32,907 bases of DNA from the NCBI GenBank assembly GCA_008369845.1, contig MRSU01010452.1:62001-94907 (forward strand), given 5' to 3'. The translations under genes were made by a program, and so were the position numbers. The stretch's first letter is position 1. Each line of letters starts with the position of its first letter. This DNA comes from Trichomonas gallinae. Taxonomy: Eukaryota. The notes under the pieces were generated by a model. The model ran no database searches. It was not told where the DNA came from and was given only the letters and a program-made list of their open reading frames with translations. Of this stretch, positions 1 through 11,300 are shown one piece after another.

Positions 1-522
1 CTTTATTAATTTATACTCACGTTCATTTTTACTTCATTGGGTTCATCATATTCTTAGAAACGCATTCATTTTGCTTTAATTGGGTTCATTTTATATTTTT
101 AATGATATTCATTATTTATCAATGAAATGAGTCCTCTTAGTATTGCAATCGAACAGCATAACCTTGATATTGTTACTTCCTTAGTTGAACACGGCGCTAA
201 TGTCAACATTGTTTTAATTTATTTTAATATTATCAAGTTCATACTTCATCTCATCACATTCATTATATTATCATAGCCAAATTCATTATTTCTATTTGGC
301 ATTCATTAATATTTAATTGCACAATTTATCAAAATATAACAAATGCCCGCTTTCAATTGCAATTGTTGAGAAATCTGCTGACATTGCTTCTTACTTGATT
401 AACCATGGCGCCGACGTAAACACAACAATCAGAGTCCACACAATTCATTTTATTCTTATAATGGAGTTTATCATTCATTCAATACGTTCTTCACTCTTTT
501 ATGAAGTTTTTTGTTTGTTTTT
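1..522 (+). repeat. Degenerate ~20-23-nt periodic spacers between the ankyrin blocks (approx. 1-120, 217-331, 443-522)
   Basis: RTTYAT-like cores start at 21, 41, 64, 84, 107; at 217, 237, 258, 281, 301, 324; and at 443, 466, 486, 506. Confidence 0.7.
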
Positions 523-636
523 GAGAAAAGCCTCTTCTCGCTCGCTAACGAAAACAGATTCGAAGATATCATTCCTGATCTTGTTGAACATGGCGCAAAT
601 CAAAACGGTGGACGCTCAAGCTGCCGCATATTCTAG
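121..636 (+). CDS. 3' end of an interrupted ankyrin-repeat protein gene with a C-terminal CaaX motif (three coding blocks, approx. 121-216, 332-442 and 520-636; 5' part outside the window)
   Basis: Frame +1 from 121 reads NEMSPLSIAIEQHNLDIVTSLVEHGANVN. Frame +2 from 335 reads YNKCPLSIAIVEKSADIASYLINHGADVN. Frame +1 from 523 reads EKSLFSLANENRFEDIIPDLVEHGANQNGGRSSCRIF-TAG (stop 634-636). Each block matches the ankyrin consensus. Exact junctions are inferred. Confidence 0.7.
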
Positions 637-1112
637 AAAAAAAACCTAAGCTGCGATTAAAATTATTTTATTTTAAATTATCATATTGATATGAAAATGC
701 AATATCTACGCACCATAGTCCTGAAATACAAAGCAGATGGTCCTAATATTGTATTTAATTTTAAGAAAAAAATTATCATGATTTAAGCCTCATAAAACAT
801 ATCAACAGCTCACATAAATCAATAATGTATAAGAAAATCAACTTTATATATTCTAATTTAATGAAAATTAATTTCAACAAATTTTTTTTGAAAAAAATCA
901 CTTTTGACTATAAAATACTCCATAACTCATCTATTTGCGTTTATGACATGTATGCTACAGCTCATTTTAAATTAAATTTGATTTATCAAATTAGAAAATA
1001 GAAAATAACTATTTTTAATTATAGAACATTCCATATAGTATAGAATTATATTAAATATTTGCGATGTGCAGCTTGGTATCAAATTTATCTAAATATTTTA
1101 TTAAATAATAGC

Positions 1113-2192
1113 TCAATTTCTAGGTACTTTAACCTTTGTCTTTCCAGACAATGGAACTGATGCCTTGGATGACTCAGGGCCAGGCTCTAAAGAAGCTTGT
1201 CCTGTTAAAAGTTTATAAGGAATTGTCATGAAAGCAATTCCAGCGCGTTTTAAGAGCGAGACTGTATACTTCTCGCCATATCTATCAGCACCGGAGATAA
1301 CATTGATCATTTTATCGCCGAAATCTCCGAGATTTACAATTTGACGGATATCTGGGTCCTCGAGGTTAATAAGAGCGAGGAGTTCACCCTTGAGAAGGAC
1401 CGTGATCCAATTATCATGGAAATCCCAATATCCGGACTTCCACTTAAGAAGACCGATTGTTTTAGAACCAACAACTGTCATGATGCATTTTTCGCCCGTA
1501 ACTGACACGACGACAACTCTGTCCTTGTCAACCTTAAAGTCAGCGATCGTTGGGCACATTTTTGATGTTGTTCTATAATATTCCTTGAATTCGCCATTTT
1601 CGAAGTAGAAAAGAGATTCCTGTTGCTGGATAAGGTATCCATTACCAAATGCAGCAATGTTTGATGCTGTAATCGGTAATTTATGCTCACCGATAACAAT
1701 TTCATCGTATCTGTTTAATTCTTCGTAAGCATTAAGCTTGATTTTGATTATACGTAACGAGCCCTTATGAAGTATGACTAATTCGTTTGGTTTTTCTGGA
1801 TTCATTGAACCAGCAAATGCAACAACTTCGTTCATGTTTGGATAACTGAACAGTGTGCAGCAGAATTGGTGTCCATTATCGTAAATACCGAATTTACCAG
1901 TTGAATCTTGGAAAATGACGCATGTTTCTGGGTGAGGATAGAATTCTGGTCTTTCTTCCTCAGGTAATGCTTGATGCTGAATAGAGCCATCGAGGCAGAT
2001 TCCGCTGAAATTCTTGATTTTGGCTGAGTGTGTGTATTTAAAGTGCTGTAAGCCACTCATCGTACGATTTACATTCTGAATGCTTGTTAAAACGAGCGTG
2101 TTTCCATGCGTGAACACTAAGGCATCCTCGATGCGCTTGGAAACATCTATTTCCCTGTCGAAATTAATGAGGTCACTGATTACCGGCCTCAT
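1113..2192 (-). CDS. Hypothetical protein, 359 aa, beta-strand-rich (possibly beta-propeller-like)
   Basis: Long ATG-initiated ORF with coding-like composition. No family recognised; the fold is a guess from short hydrophobic strand patterns. Confidence 0.8.
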   Translation of the reverse strand: MRPVISDLINFDREIDVSKRIEDALVFTHGNTLVLTSIQNVNRTMSGLQHFKYTHSAKIKNFSGICLDGSIQHQALPEEERPEFYPHPETCVIFQDSTGKFGIYDNGHQFCCTLFSYPNMNEVVAFAGSMNPEKPNELVILHKGSLRIIKIKLNAYEELNRYDEIVIGEHKLPITASNIAAFGNGYLIQQQESLFYFENGEFKEYYRTTSKMCPTIADFKVDKDRVVVVSVTGEKCIMTVVGSKTIGLLKWKSGYWDFHDNWITVLLKGELLALINLEDPDIRQIVNLGDFGDKMINVISGADRYGEKYTVSLLKRAGIAFMTIPYKLLTGQASLEPGPESSKASVPLSGKTKVKVPRN

Positions 2193-2848
2193 TTTACTTT
2201 TCTAAACGAATTTTTCTTGGTCTGAAGTTTTTTGGTTGATATGGGCTTATTATGATGAGAAAACCAGATTTTATGAACCATTTCTCCTTTAAACTCATTT
2301 TTTAAAACATGATTTTTTTTTTCAAAGACAATGCAGTTGGGTATATGTGGGATAAATAGAAAAATTTAATAAAAATTAGATGACAATAGAAAAATTACAA
2401 TCAGATCAACTTTAGTCATTGATATTTCCAATTTTTCCCTATATTTATTATTTGATTATTTTTATCACAGAATTATATTTATATTCCGATACCAAAAACA
2501 ATCTTTCATCACAAAAAGAGGTGCGACGTTACAATCATATTAACTCTTACAAACGAAGCCTTTATAGAGTACAAAATGTTTTCAGGCTGCAATTGTGTGG
2601 CAAATATATGTGTCACTCCACAATACATCAACTCATTATCAATCTAGGCGCAATAAGATATTAAAATTTTAATTTGATTCTTTTTTATTCATTGAGAGTT
2701 AGCATATTATGTCATATAAAAGACATTGTTTAATATGTATTTTCTGTAGTTCAGATGCGATACATCAAATATGGATGTCTAAGAAAAATTTAATGCTCAT
2801 CTTGAATCATTAAAGATCAGTACGAGAAGATCCTCGACGAAACGAAAA

Positions 2849-2878
2849 ACACCTATATATATATATATATATAGGTGT
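2849..2878. repeat. Perfect 30-nt palindrome ACACC-(TA)10-GGTGT
   Basis: Read directly from the sequence. Confidence 0.9.
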
Positions 2879-3143
2879 CTAAATCATCTCAAATGCCTGT
2901 TTCACAAGTGTTGTATAAACTATAGTTTTGATACACTTCATATTGAATTCTCATCGCTGTTTGTGCTTTCCGTACTGCTTTTCACATGCGTAGTGTAGAA
3001 TTAATATTAGTGCACAAACCAATACAGAGCAAATAAATACCGATATCAATGCAAATTCATAGTTGAGGGCTCTGTTTCCAAAAAATAAAATGTAAATATA
3101 AAAAGCAAATGTTTAGTTTCAAAAAAATAAAAATCAAAAAAAT

Positions 3144-4931
3144 TTATTGGGCAAATGAGAGGTAGTCGCGGATATTCAAGTATGTTGGCTTCTGGTCTGA
3201 GGAGTATCTCCTGAATATAGTGATAGCCTCGTGCACGTTGATACTAAGGCCGACGGCCTCGAAGATCGCCTGCAGTGCCTTAACATCTATCTTGTTGTTT
3301 GTCGCGTACTTCTTGAACAAATCAGTTGGATCCTTTCCTGACCTCTTCTCTGCTGCCCTGAAGTCTGTAACAATTCTGTTGAGGTCTGCCTGCGGGAAGC
3401 TGTCTGGGTCAGCTTCCATGAACGAGAGCGCGTATTCTGTTGCCTCGTCGAGCTGGAACTTGCTGCAGTTGATCGTCAAGACCTTGCCGATCTCGAAGTC
3501 GCTCGCCTGGAAAGGCTTGCCTGTGTCTGGGTTCGTCATCTTCGTCCTGTTCAGCCACTTGCCGGCGACGATGCCAGAGTTCCTTGCCGGTGGCTCGAAG
3601 ACCTGGATAGTGTCATCGGCCATGAAGTATGTAAGAATGAAGCTCCTCGACGCGTCGACTGAGTTGCGTGTCACCATATGGCACTTGAACCTCAAGATGT
3701 CGTTCGAGTGCTTCAAGAGCTTGACCTGGTCCTTCGGGGCTGGCTTAGGATGCAATGAGAGGCATGAGCGCATTGTGTCCTCGTCGCTGCCGATGAGTGA
3801 TGGCGGCGGGACTTCGAATTTGACCTGCGTTGGCTTGTCTTCGACGGTTTCGTGCTCGACCGGCTGCATCTCTTCCTCTGAGTAGCCCATGTTCTCGATA
3901 TACCAGCGGCGTGTGTATGGGTCGCAGTCGAAGATGTGCATCGTGCGGCCGTGGATCTGAATGTCGTCGCCGATGTGGAGATCTGTTGGTCTGAAGTAGT
4001 TTTCTGCTGGAAGGAAGCGTGGATCGTTCTCGCTGAGAGAGAGAAGGCGCTTAGGGATCTGTCCACGCTTAACAAATGAAGGAACAGGATCTCTTCCATC
4101 ATTTTGATGACGGACTTCGAGAACTTCCATTGTATCATCGCTCAAGTAGTAGTGGATGACGAACTGACGGAGGTCACCGAATGGGCGGTCTCTGTTATCC
4201 CATGTTGCGTAGAATCTCAAAACATGGCCATCGTTGGCAAGGAATTGGCGAAGTTTGAGCATTTCTGGCTTCGGAACACCACGATTGCGATGTGTTTCGT
4301 TGTATTCGACGAGTGTGCGCTTTGTAATATATGGATCGTCTGGAATTGTTTCGTCTGTTCTTCCGTCGCGATTGAGTTTGTCTAAGAATTCGTGTGTGAA
4401 CTTGTCTGCCTCTTGAATGAAGTACGTACGGCCGTAGAGCGAGAATTCCTCACCGATATGGAAATCTCCTACGTTAACGTAGCTGTCATCATCCTTCTTA
4501 GCACGGTGGCGGCGAAGGAATGTGCCCTGCGGGATGCCACTGTTCTTAACGCGTGGTTCGACAATTTCGATTGTATCATCTTCAAGGAAGAAGAGAATCT
4601 TGACTTTACGTACGCGATATGTCTCTTGCTGGCTGCTAAAAACTGGCTCCTTGAAGTAGCCATAGAAACGTAAAACTTGAGATCCGAATGCAACCCAAGC
4701 TGGGACTGTTTCGCCCTCTTGGTTGTTATCGCCCATGACTTGATTGTAAATAGTTGTGCTTGAAATAGCCTCTTTTGGAGGAAGTTGACCTGGAAGTAAT
4801 GTTCCACCAATTCCTGGCGCGTTTTCGTGAATGGCCATGCCTCCGTTCTCAAAAACGAGGGCCTGGCTCTTGTGGAAGTGTGTCTGTGTTGGGTCAGGGA
4901 ATGTATGGCCTGGAAGAAGAGGAAGAGTCAT
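3144..4931 (-). CDS. EFHC1: EFHC1/Rib72 family axonemal microtubule inner protein (three DM10 domains plus a degenerate C-terminal EF-hand-like region)
   Basis: N-terminal LPLLPGHTFPDPTQTHFHKSQ and three DM10-type repeats (VLRFYGYF..FFLEDDTIEIVEP..NSGIPQG; VLRFYATW..YYLSDDTMEV; ILRFKC..YFMADDTIQVFEPPARNSGIVAG). EFHC1 versus EFHC2 not resolved. Confidence 0.93.
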   Translation of the reverse strand: MTLPLLPGHTFPDPTQTHFHKSQALVFENGGMAIHENAPGIGGTLLPGQLPPKEAISSTTIYNQVMGDNNQEGETVPAWVAFGSQVLRFYGYFKEPVFSSQQETYRVRKVKILFFLEDDTIEIVEPRVKNSGIPQGTFLRRHRAKKDDDSYVNVGDFHIGEEFSLYGRTYFIQEADKFTHEFLDKLNRDGRTDETIPDDPYITKRTLVEYNETHRNRGVPKPEMLKLRQFLANDGHVLRFYATWDNRDRPFGDLRQFVIHYYLSDDTMEVLEVRHQNDGRDPVPSFVKRGQIPKRLLSLSENDPRFLPAENYFRPTDLHIGDDIQIHGRTMHIFDCDPYTRRWYIENMGYSEEEMQPVEHETVEDKPTQVKFEVPPPSLIGSDEDTMRSCLSLHPKPAPKDQVKLLKHSNDILRFKCHMVTRNSVDASRSFILTYFMADDTIQVFEPPARNSGIVAGKWLNRTKMTNPDTGKPFQASDFEIGKVLTINCSKFQLDEATEYALSFMEADPDSFPQADLNRIVTDFRAAEKRSGKDPTDLFKKYATNNKIDVKALQAIFEAVGLSINVHEAITIFRRYSSDQKPTYLNIRDYLSFAQ

Positions 4932-5134
4932 GTTTAATTAATTTTTTTTAGTAACGTATTTATAACCTCCAGCAAAATTTTCGTTAGTTTTATTTTGGAG
5001 GCTTCCTTGACTATTTATAATCTATGTATAAGGTGCACTATCTAAAAAGTTGATATTTCACACCAAATTCATATTTTTTCATTATTCTCGTAGTATATTT
5101 ATAGAGAATTAATATTTGTTATATGACAAAAATG

Positions 5135-5306
5135 ATACTATACTAAGGTAATTTATATATATGATCTGCAAATACAAAAATACAATTTTCATAATTCTCA
5201 AAATATATTTACAATAAATGAACTATTGATATCCGATAAAAAGTGAAACTATACTATGGCAATTTATATATATGATCTTTATATACATAAAATGCAAATT
5301 TCAAAT
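5135..5306. repeat. Two degenerate direct copies of ~60 nt
   Basis: ACTATACTA.GG.AATTTATATATATGATCT...ATAC..AAAT.CAA.TTTCA occurs near 5137 and near 5248. Confidence 0.7.
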
Positions 5307-5732
5307 ACTGGTGCCGTGCTGAGCTGATTATTTAGTTCTCCAAAGAAGCATTCTTATTATAATATCGATCAATAGAAGCCATTTCATTTCTTCAGTCAGC
5401 ATAAATATTATGTCAAAAGTAGAAAAAAATCTAGATTTTGAAGGGTTGTCTTTACCATTTGCTATATTCTGAAATTGAGTCCCAAAAGTCAATACGACGG
5501 TTTTATTCAATTTGTTTTTTACGGGCGAGAAAGTACACGAAAAGTGTATGCAAACTATTATTATCATGCATATGATTATTTTTACTTTAAATTTTAGATG
5601 CATACAGACAAAACTAACCCCTGCGTAATTTTGTCAACCCCATCTTAATATAAATGCATCCGAAATTTTATGATACAGCTTCTTTATATTCTAGAAAATC
5701 GATTACTCACAAAATATCGCATTTTTCTAAAA

Positions 5733-6578
5733 ATGGACGATTTCGATGGATATAAATTTTCATGGATGGGATTCATTGATTATGCTGCATGCTTTCCATA
5801 CAAAGAACCTATATGGATAGCAGTAGGAGCATGTCTCTTTCTAGGCACCTTAGCATCAGTTATTCCTCAAATTATTACATTAATCATTCGAAGATCGAAT
5901 TTCGGATTAAGTCCTTTCATGGTTTTCATGAATAACTTCTCGAGTACACTGTTAATTACAAATATTATCGCGCTTCGTTCATCTCAATTTCGTGCTCTAG
6001 GTCAATACAGCTTTTGGAAAGCTCTTCCAACATTATTTACGTTCTTTAATAATTTTCTACTATGGTTTTTCTATATTCCCGTCGTCTGCCTGACAATGAT
6101 ATTCTTTGATGTAGAAAATCGAGAAAAACGAAATGAATCAGCAAGAAAACGCGAAAGAATTGAAATTATAGTACTAAATGCGATCTTAATTTCAACATTT
6201 ATTTTAACATATTTAATTTTCACAATTATTGGAGTCTACGATGGGTTTTCAGGTGAAATAAATTTCAAATACGGAAAAACAATAGGTATTATAAATGCCT
6301 GTATCAACGTTTTGATTTGGATGCCACAAATTATTACAACATGCAGGCTGAAAGATCCTGGATCTCTTTCCATCGTAATGCTCATCCTCCAGGCCCCAGG
6401 AGGCCTAATTAGCACAGCTTTCATGGCTTTCGGTCAAAAAGAAAATTGGACAACGTGGCTTCCTATCTTTTGTTCATGCTGCCAACAAATTCTGCTTCTA
6501 TCGATATGCATCTTTTATGAGTGCAGGAAGAGACACAGAAAACAAAACATAGACCTAAGCGATGTAAAATATACATAA
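5733..6578 (+). CDS. PQ-loop repeat multi-pass membrane transporter
   Basis: Two PQ motifs (SVIPQIITL..R.N.GLS; WMPQIITT..KDPGSLS) and about seven hydrophobic helices. Start placed at AAAATG 5733 (MDDFDG); the ATG at 5670 is in frame but less likely. Confidence 0.88.
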   Translation: MDDFDGYKFSWMGFIDYAACFPYKEPIWIAVGACLFLGTLASVIPQIITLIIRRSNFGLSPFMVFMNNFSSTLLITNIIALRSSQFRALGQYSFWKALPTLFTFFNNFLLWFFYIPVVCLTMIFFDVENREKRNESARKRERIEIIVLNAILISTFILTYLIFTIIGVYDGFSGEINFKYGKTIGIINACINVLIWMPQIITTCRLKDPGSLSIVMLILQAPGGLISTAFMAFGQKENWTTWLPIFCSCCQQILLLSICIFYECRKRHRKQNIDLSDVKYT

Positions 6579-6589
6579 CTTTTTTTGTT

Positions 6590-7466
6590 ATGCAAAATAT
6601 ATTGTGTAAAAGCTGTTTTTATGACCTCAATTTTCACCTTGATGTCATTGAAGACATTATTGATGCATAGATCAGGCTTTCCAATGATTTGCATAATCAA
6701 GGATTCAAGATTCTTAATTGTTTTATAAATTCCTAATTAATCTTGGATGATGTTGAAATTGTCATCGCTCAGCTTCTTGAATTGTTCAACCCTAACTGAT
6801 TTGTTAAGATCATCATAGAGTTGGAACTTAATCTACTGATTACACTTGAGAAGCATGCTTCTAAAGTTTTCCATGCTACAGAAAACGACGAAAAGTTCCT
6901 GGAGTGGACGAGTTTCACAAAATTTCAAAAATTCTTCCATTCGTTTCGCAAGCGAGTTTTTTGCCCTGCATCGATGATATAGTGCCCCAATAGGATAACT
7001 TCGATGTCAAATTCAAGAAGATTCTCCTCAATGAAGTTGGAAATTTAGACACAATGTGATATGAGAATAGACGTCATTTGAAAAACATAATCATTTGATA
7101 AATTTATATGCATCATCAAGATAAGCAAGTATTGCCTAGTATCTCTCTAATGGAAATAGGTATGTTGTAGTGAATCTTCTTCATCTTCTTTGAAAATTCG
7201 CTGATTTGATTCTTAAATGACTTAATGGGATTTATCACGAAATTATTATCATTTTTGATCCCTTGTTCTTTGTTGTATTCAGGAAAAGATTATTTTCTAT
7301 ATTCTATATACATATTGTCAATTGATTCATTTCCTAGTTCAATTATAAAGCCATCATGCAACTAAATATTCAAAACTTTGAGCTGGAAAAATTTCATCAT
7401 ATTCATTAATAAGAACATCTCTAGGATTGAAATCATAACAGCTGTAGTTAGATTTGACTGATTCAT
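6590..7466 (-). pseudogene. Decayed protein-coding gene of unknown family
   Basis: One frame reads MEEFLKFCETRPLQELF..KCNQ*IKFQLYDDLNK..IIQD*LGIYKTIKNLESLIMQIIGKPDL from 6940, with in-frame stops at 6835-6833 and 6739-6737. Further coding-like segments (SNFIEENLLEFDIEVILL; YDFNPRDVLINEYDEIFP) lie upstream with frameshifts. Confidence 0.55.
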
Positions 7467-7821
7467 AAAAATTACCAATAAGATGAACAATTTTTTTGGA
7501 AAATATCCGAAAATATATTCAAGACATATGAAATAGTAGTGAAATTGTTCGCGGAATAATTGATTAATTCGAATATTTTCAGATTTTAATTACTCATCGC
7601 ATTGATTATTTAGCAATGCAAGATATCATATGCGCAATAGCCTGAAGCTGTCTCGGTATTCTCAACTCGCTGATGTTTTTCAATTTGAGCTCATCATAAG
7701 CCTTCATTTAAAATTATGTCACTTTTATAGTGATCATCCTTTGAATAGTTTACAATTTAACCAAAATCGGTAGTCAAGATTTTTCAATTTTGTCACTTTT
7801 ATAGTTCACATTTTAGTAAAG

Positions 7822-7878
7822 CAATGTAAAATAAAAATGACAATGTAAAATAAAAATGACAATGTAAAATAAAAATAA
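7822..7878 (+). repeat. 19-nt tandem repeat x3 (CAATGTAAAATAAAAATGA)
   Basis: Units at 7822, 7841 and 7860; the last has one mismatch. Confidence 0.92.
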
Positions 7879-7897
7879 ACATCATTAACGCGACAAG

Positions 7898-8167
7898 TTG
7901 GAAGAATTAGATCGAGTCACTTATGCAGTGCTTGATCGTTTTATTGATAATGACATTGCGAAAGATTACGCTGTTGCCGCATTTTCAGAACAGGTTGCGA
8001 GGGAAAATGTAGATATGACTCCTCGCTCTTGTTGTTGTATCATTGTACTTTTTAGGATGTTTTTACCTGAGAATGAAGTAAATCCATATAGTTTCACTTT
8101 TCCAAAAACATCTTCGGCGAAGTTCGAAGGTTTTATCAAAATCAAACTCGAACATCCTGATGGATGA
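7898..8167 (+). pseudogene. Short coding-like frame without an initiating ATG (gene fragment or small protein)
   Basis: 89 codons of protein-like composition starting at TTG, with an in-frame TAA at 7886-7888. Confidence 0.35.
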
Positions 8168-8368
8168 TAGATACGAAATAGCAAAAGTTGTATTTTTGTA
8201 TTTATATGGAGTCTACTATTATAATGACAATATTTTAAATACACATGTCTTTAACGCTAAAATTCTTGTTAAATATTTAAAAGTTTAATGTAATTTCATT
8301 ATTTTTGCTTTCTTTTGGTGATATAGTGCATATTTATAAGATCAAAATTATTATTGCATTGATTTCAC

Positions 8369-11300
8369 ATGTTCAATCGGATTTTTCTTGCAAGAAGTGA
8401 AGACGTTTTTGTATGTTTAGATACAACATATGAGTTTTCTTCTTGCAAGAATGATACATATACAACAATTTCAACGATTGATGAGCTTTATCAGATTTCA
8501 GAACAAAAATCTCAACATTTGAACATGATTGTCTATAATTATGACATAAACAAAGGTAATATAGACTTATCAAGACTGAACACCGATATTTTAAGAATAC
8601 GAGGCAATGATTCGAAATTACAATTCACAGATGTTAAACATTCAAGCATAAATCGTCTAGAATTACATTCATTAACAATAGATTGCGACAGTTGCACAAT
8701 TAAATTACCTCAAGGCGCAACAATTCGAAATGTTTCATTTTTATCTGATGTAGAAATTCAAGCTGACTATGATTTTGAAACCGATTATTACACAATGACA
8801 AGCATTAGAAATATCACTACAAGAACTATCGAAATTTTTGATGATTTTGAAATAATTCCTCAAAAACAATTAAAAAGGACAATTGTTGACATAAAATCAT
8901 CAGCATCTATACATGTCAGCAAATCCTCTATGAGGTCACAGATAAATAATACCGAATTCATAATTCAATCAATTAATAACAATTTCGAAGCTAATTTTCA
9001 TATAAGCAAACAAGCACAATTAATATATGATGTATATGGCCCAAACGCATACCTTGACATGCAAATAATCTCAAACTCATTGACAACGCAAGCAATAAAA
9101 GTTACCAAACATGCAACTTGTAAATTCGCTGAAAACTCACTGAAATTATCATCCATGCTCGATGTAGACGATGGAACTGTTATATTAGAATCACCTCGTT
9201 ATGGATCTAGGATTTATTTTGAAAGTTCTGTAAATGCCACACTTATCAACAGCAAAACAGATATTTATGTTCTTCAATTTATTAACACAAATGTTTTATT
9301 TAACTGTCCGAAAGATTTTGTTATTTCTCCACATATTACAAATTTCCACCAAAATGCAACTATATCCTCGCTAGAAGGATTGATGTTTCACACGTCTGAA
9401 GCCAATTTTAATGGAAAAAATATAAAAATATGCGAAAATATTGATTTCAAAGTTGGCACGAATATCAAATCATTTCAATCTAATCCAGTTTTATACAACA
9501 TAAAGACAATGCCTTACACGACATTTTCTCTATTATTAGATTTCGAGACTAATGACACTGCATTTCATTTTAAGAAGCCAATAGAAATATATCCGTGGGA
9601 TATAACAATGAAATATTTTGAAGATAGACTTCCCTCCGATGATATAATCAACAATAACATAAACAAGTCGTTCTTCGCTTTATGTGCGCCAAATAATATC
9701 TGCCAAGACCACAAATTCACTATTAACAGCGATAAAAATGGTCTGCAGTTTTCTGGCCTTTGCCAAATAGTTGATGATGAGTATTGCATTGGTGGATCTT
9801 ATTCACAAAACCAGAAATTAGTTGATTTAAGTATCTGTTACGGCTCGAATGAATCACTATGTCCGAAAAACAGCTATTCGTACTTTTTCACAGATTTAAA
9901 TTCATCAAAAATCGTAAATTATTTCACCGAAGCAACAAAGAATTTTACTATTTATTTGTTAGAAAAACTCAAGACAAATATGTACTTCATTAACAGTGGC
10001 TCAATACCAATCAATTTCAATGTTTATTCATGCACAAATAGTAATATAGAATTATTACTAAACGAATACACGCAAGATATACAAAAGTTTGAAAAAATAT
10101 ATCTTCAAAATATCAAGCTAACCATCAGACTCAATCATAATAAAGAGAATTATTCATTCACTGATGTTATATTACGACAAGGAGCTTCGATTGGCTTTGA
10201 TCACAGTGCTCATCCTGTGATTGTTAACTTTACCAAACTTAAATATTTTGACTGCGATTTTCAGTCATACTTGAAGCAAAATACTTTCAATGATTTAGTT
10301 TTGAGATGCCAATTATCTTCACCACATCCATATGTGTTTAAAGTTGAGTTGAAATCCCTTAAAATCAATCAAAGCTTTATATCATTAGACAAGATAGAAA
10401 AAACAGAATTTTATTACATTAATAGAATGGATCATCAGACTTTAAGCTTTTCTGTAGCTCTAGGTACAATGGAATCGCCTAGAATTAACTTTATTGGAAA
10501 TTATTCTATAGTGAAACTAGAATTTGATGATTCATTCGAGAATTATGCTGCTGTGAATCTATTTCATTTCAACAATTTTCAAAGAATCGATTTATGCTCA
10601 AAATCAACGAACATTCCTGCAGCTTTTATCAACATCAAAAGAATTTCGTTTGTTAACATTTTAAACGAAGCCCACTTGAATTCTATATATATCAGCGATA
10701 ACATATACTTAAATGCTAACAAGAATCCAACAAAAGAATCAAGAATATTTATCCATAATACAAAAATAGTAGGAATAGCAAACATTAAATCAGAAATCGA
10801 TCAAGTCACTCAAGTAGCATTCTGTAACATAGATACAAGCGAGCTTGATAAATTTATTGCAATTAACGTAAAAATGGAAGGATACATGGAACTGACGCCA
10901 AATGCTGCCGTTTCTTTCCATAAATGTGACATCACAGATCTTATCATTGGCACACAATCATTGGGCAGCAAAATTGCGTCTATTAATCTAAAGAGTGTCG
11001 AAGAAATGGAAACAAGGCCACCTGAAGCTATTTATATGTCAATAGATCCAACAAATATAGACAAAACCACAGAATGGGTTGTCGTCAACACTGTCACTAA
11101 AAGCCTCGCTGAAATGTGGGAAAAAGTAGTAATCATCGAACAAAAAGAGATTTTCATCGATGGACAAAAGTATTTCCCTAAAGTAGTCTCGACAACTGAT
11201 CTAGTGAAAGTAGTTTTAATTGCCGCAAGCAACATGAAAAACATGATTGGAATTATTGCTGGCAGCGTTGTTGGAGGAATTACAATTTTCTTAGGTGTTC

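Noticed and set aside
317..649. 110-aa ORF as a complete gene
   Set aside because: It starts at TTG, only ~335-440 is ankyrin-like, and the rest translates a spacer and the wrong frame of the last repeat.
2419..2664. Short AT-rich ORFs here and at 5328, 14677, 17392, 17732, 19726, 22255, 28131 and 32492
   Set aside because: I/F/Y/N/K-rich translations typical of AT-rich noncoding DNA, often with non-ATG starts.
3220..4852. Long overlapping and antisense ORFs within EFHC1 (e.g. 3220..3885)
   Set aside because: Shadow frames produced by GC-rich codon bias; no recognisable protein features.
6590..6940. Alternative genetic code (TAA/TAG read as sense)
   Set aside because: Conserved genes in the window end at TAA/TAG and have no internal stops.
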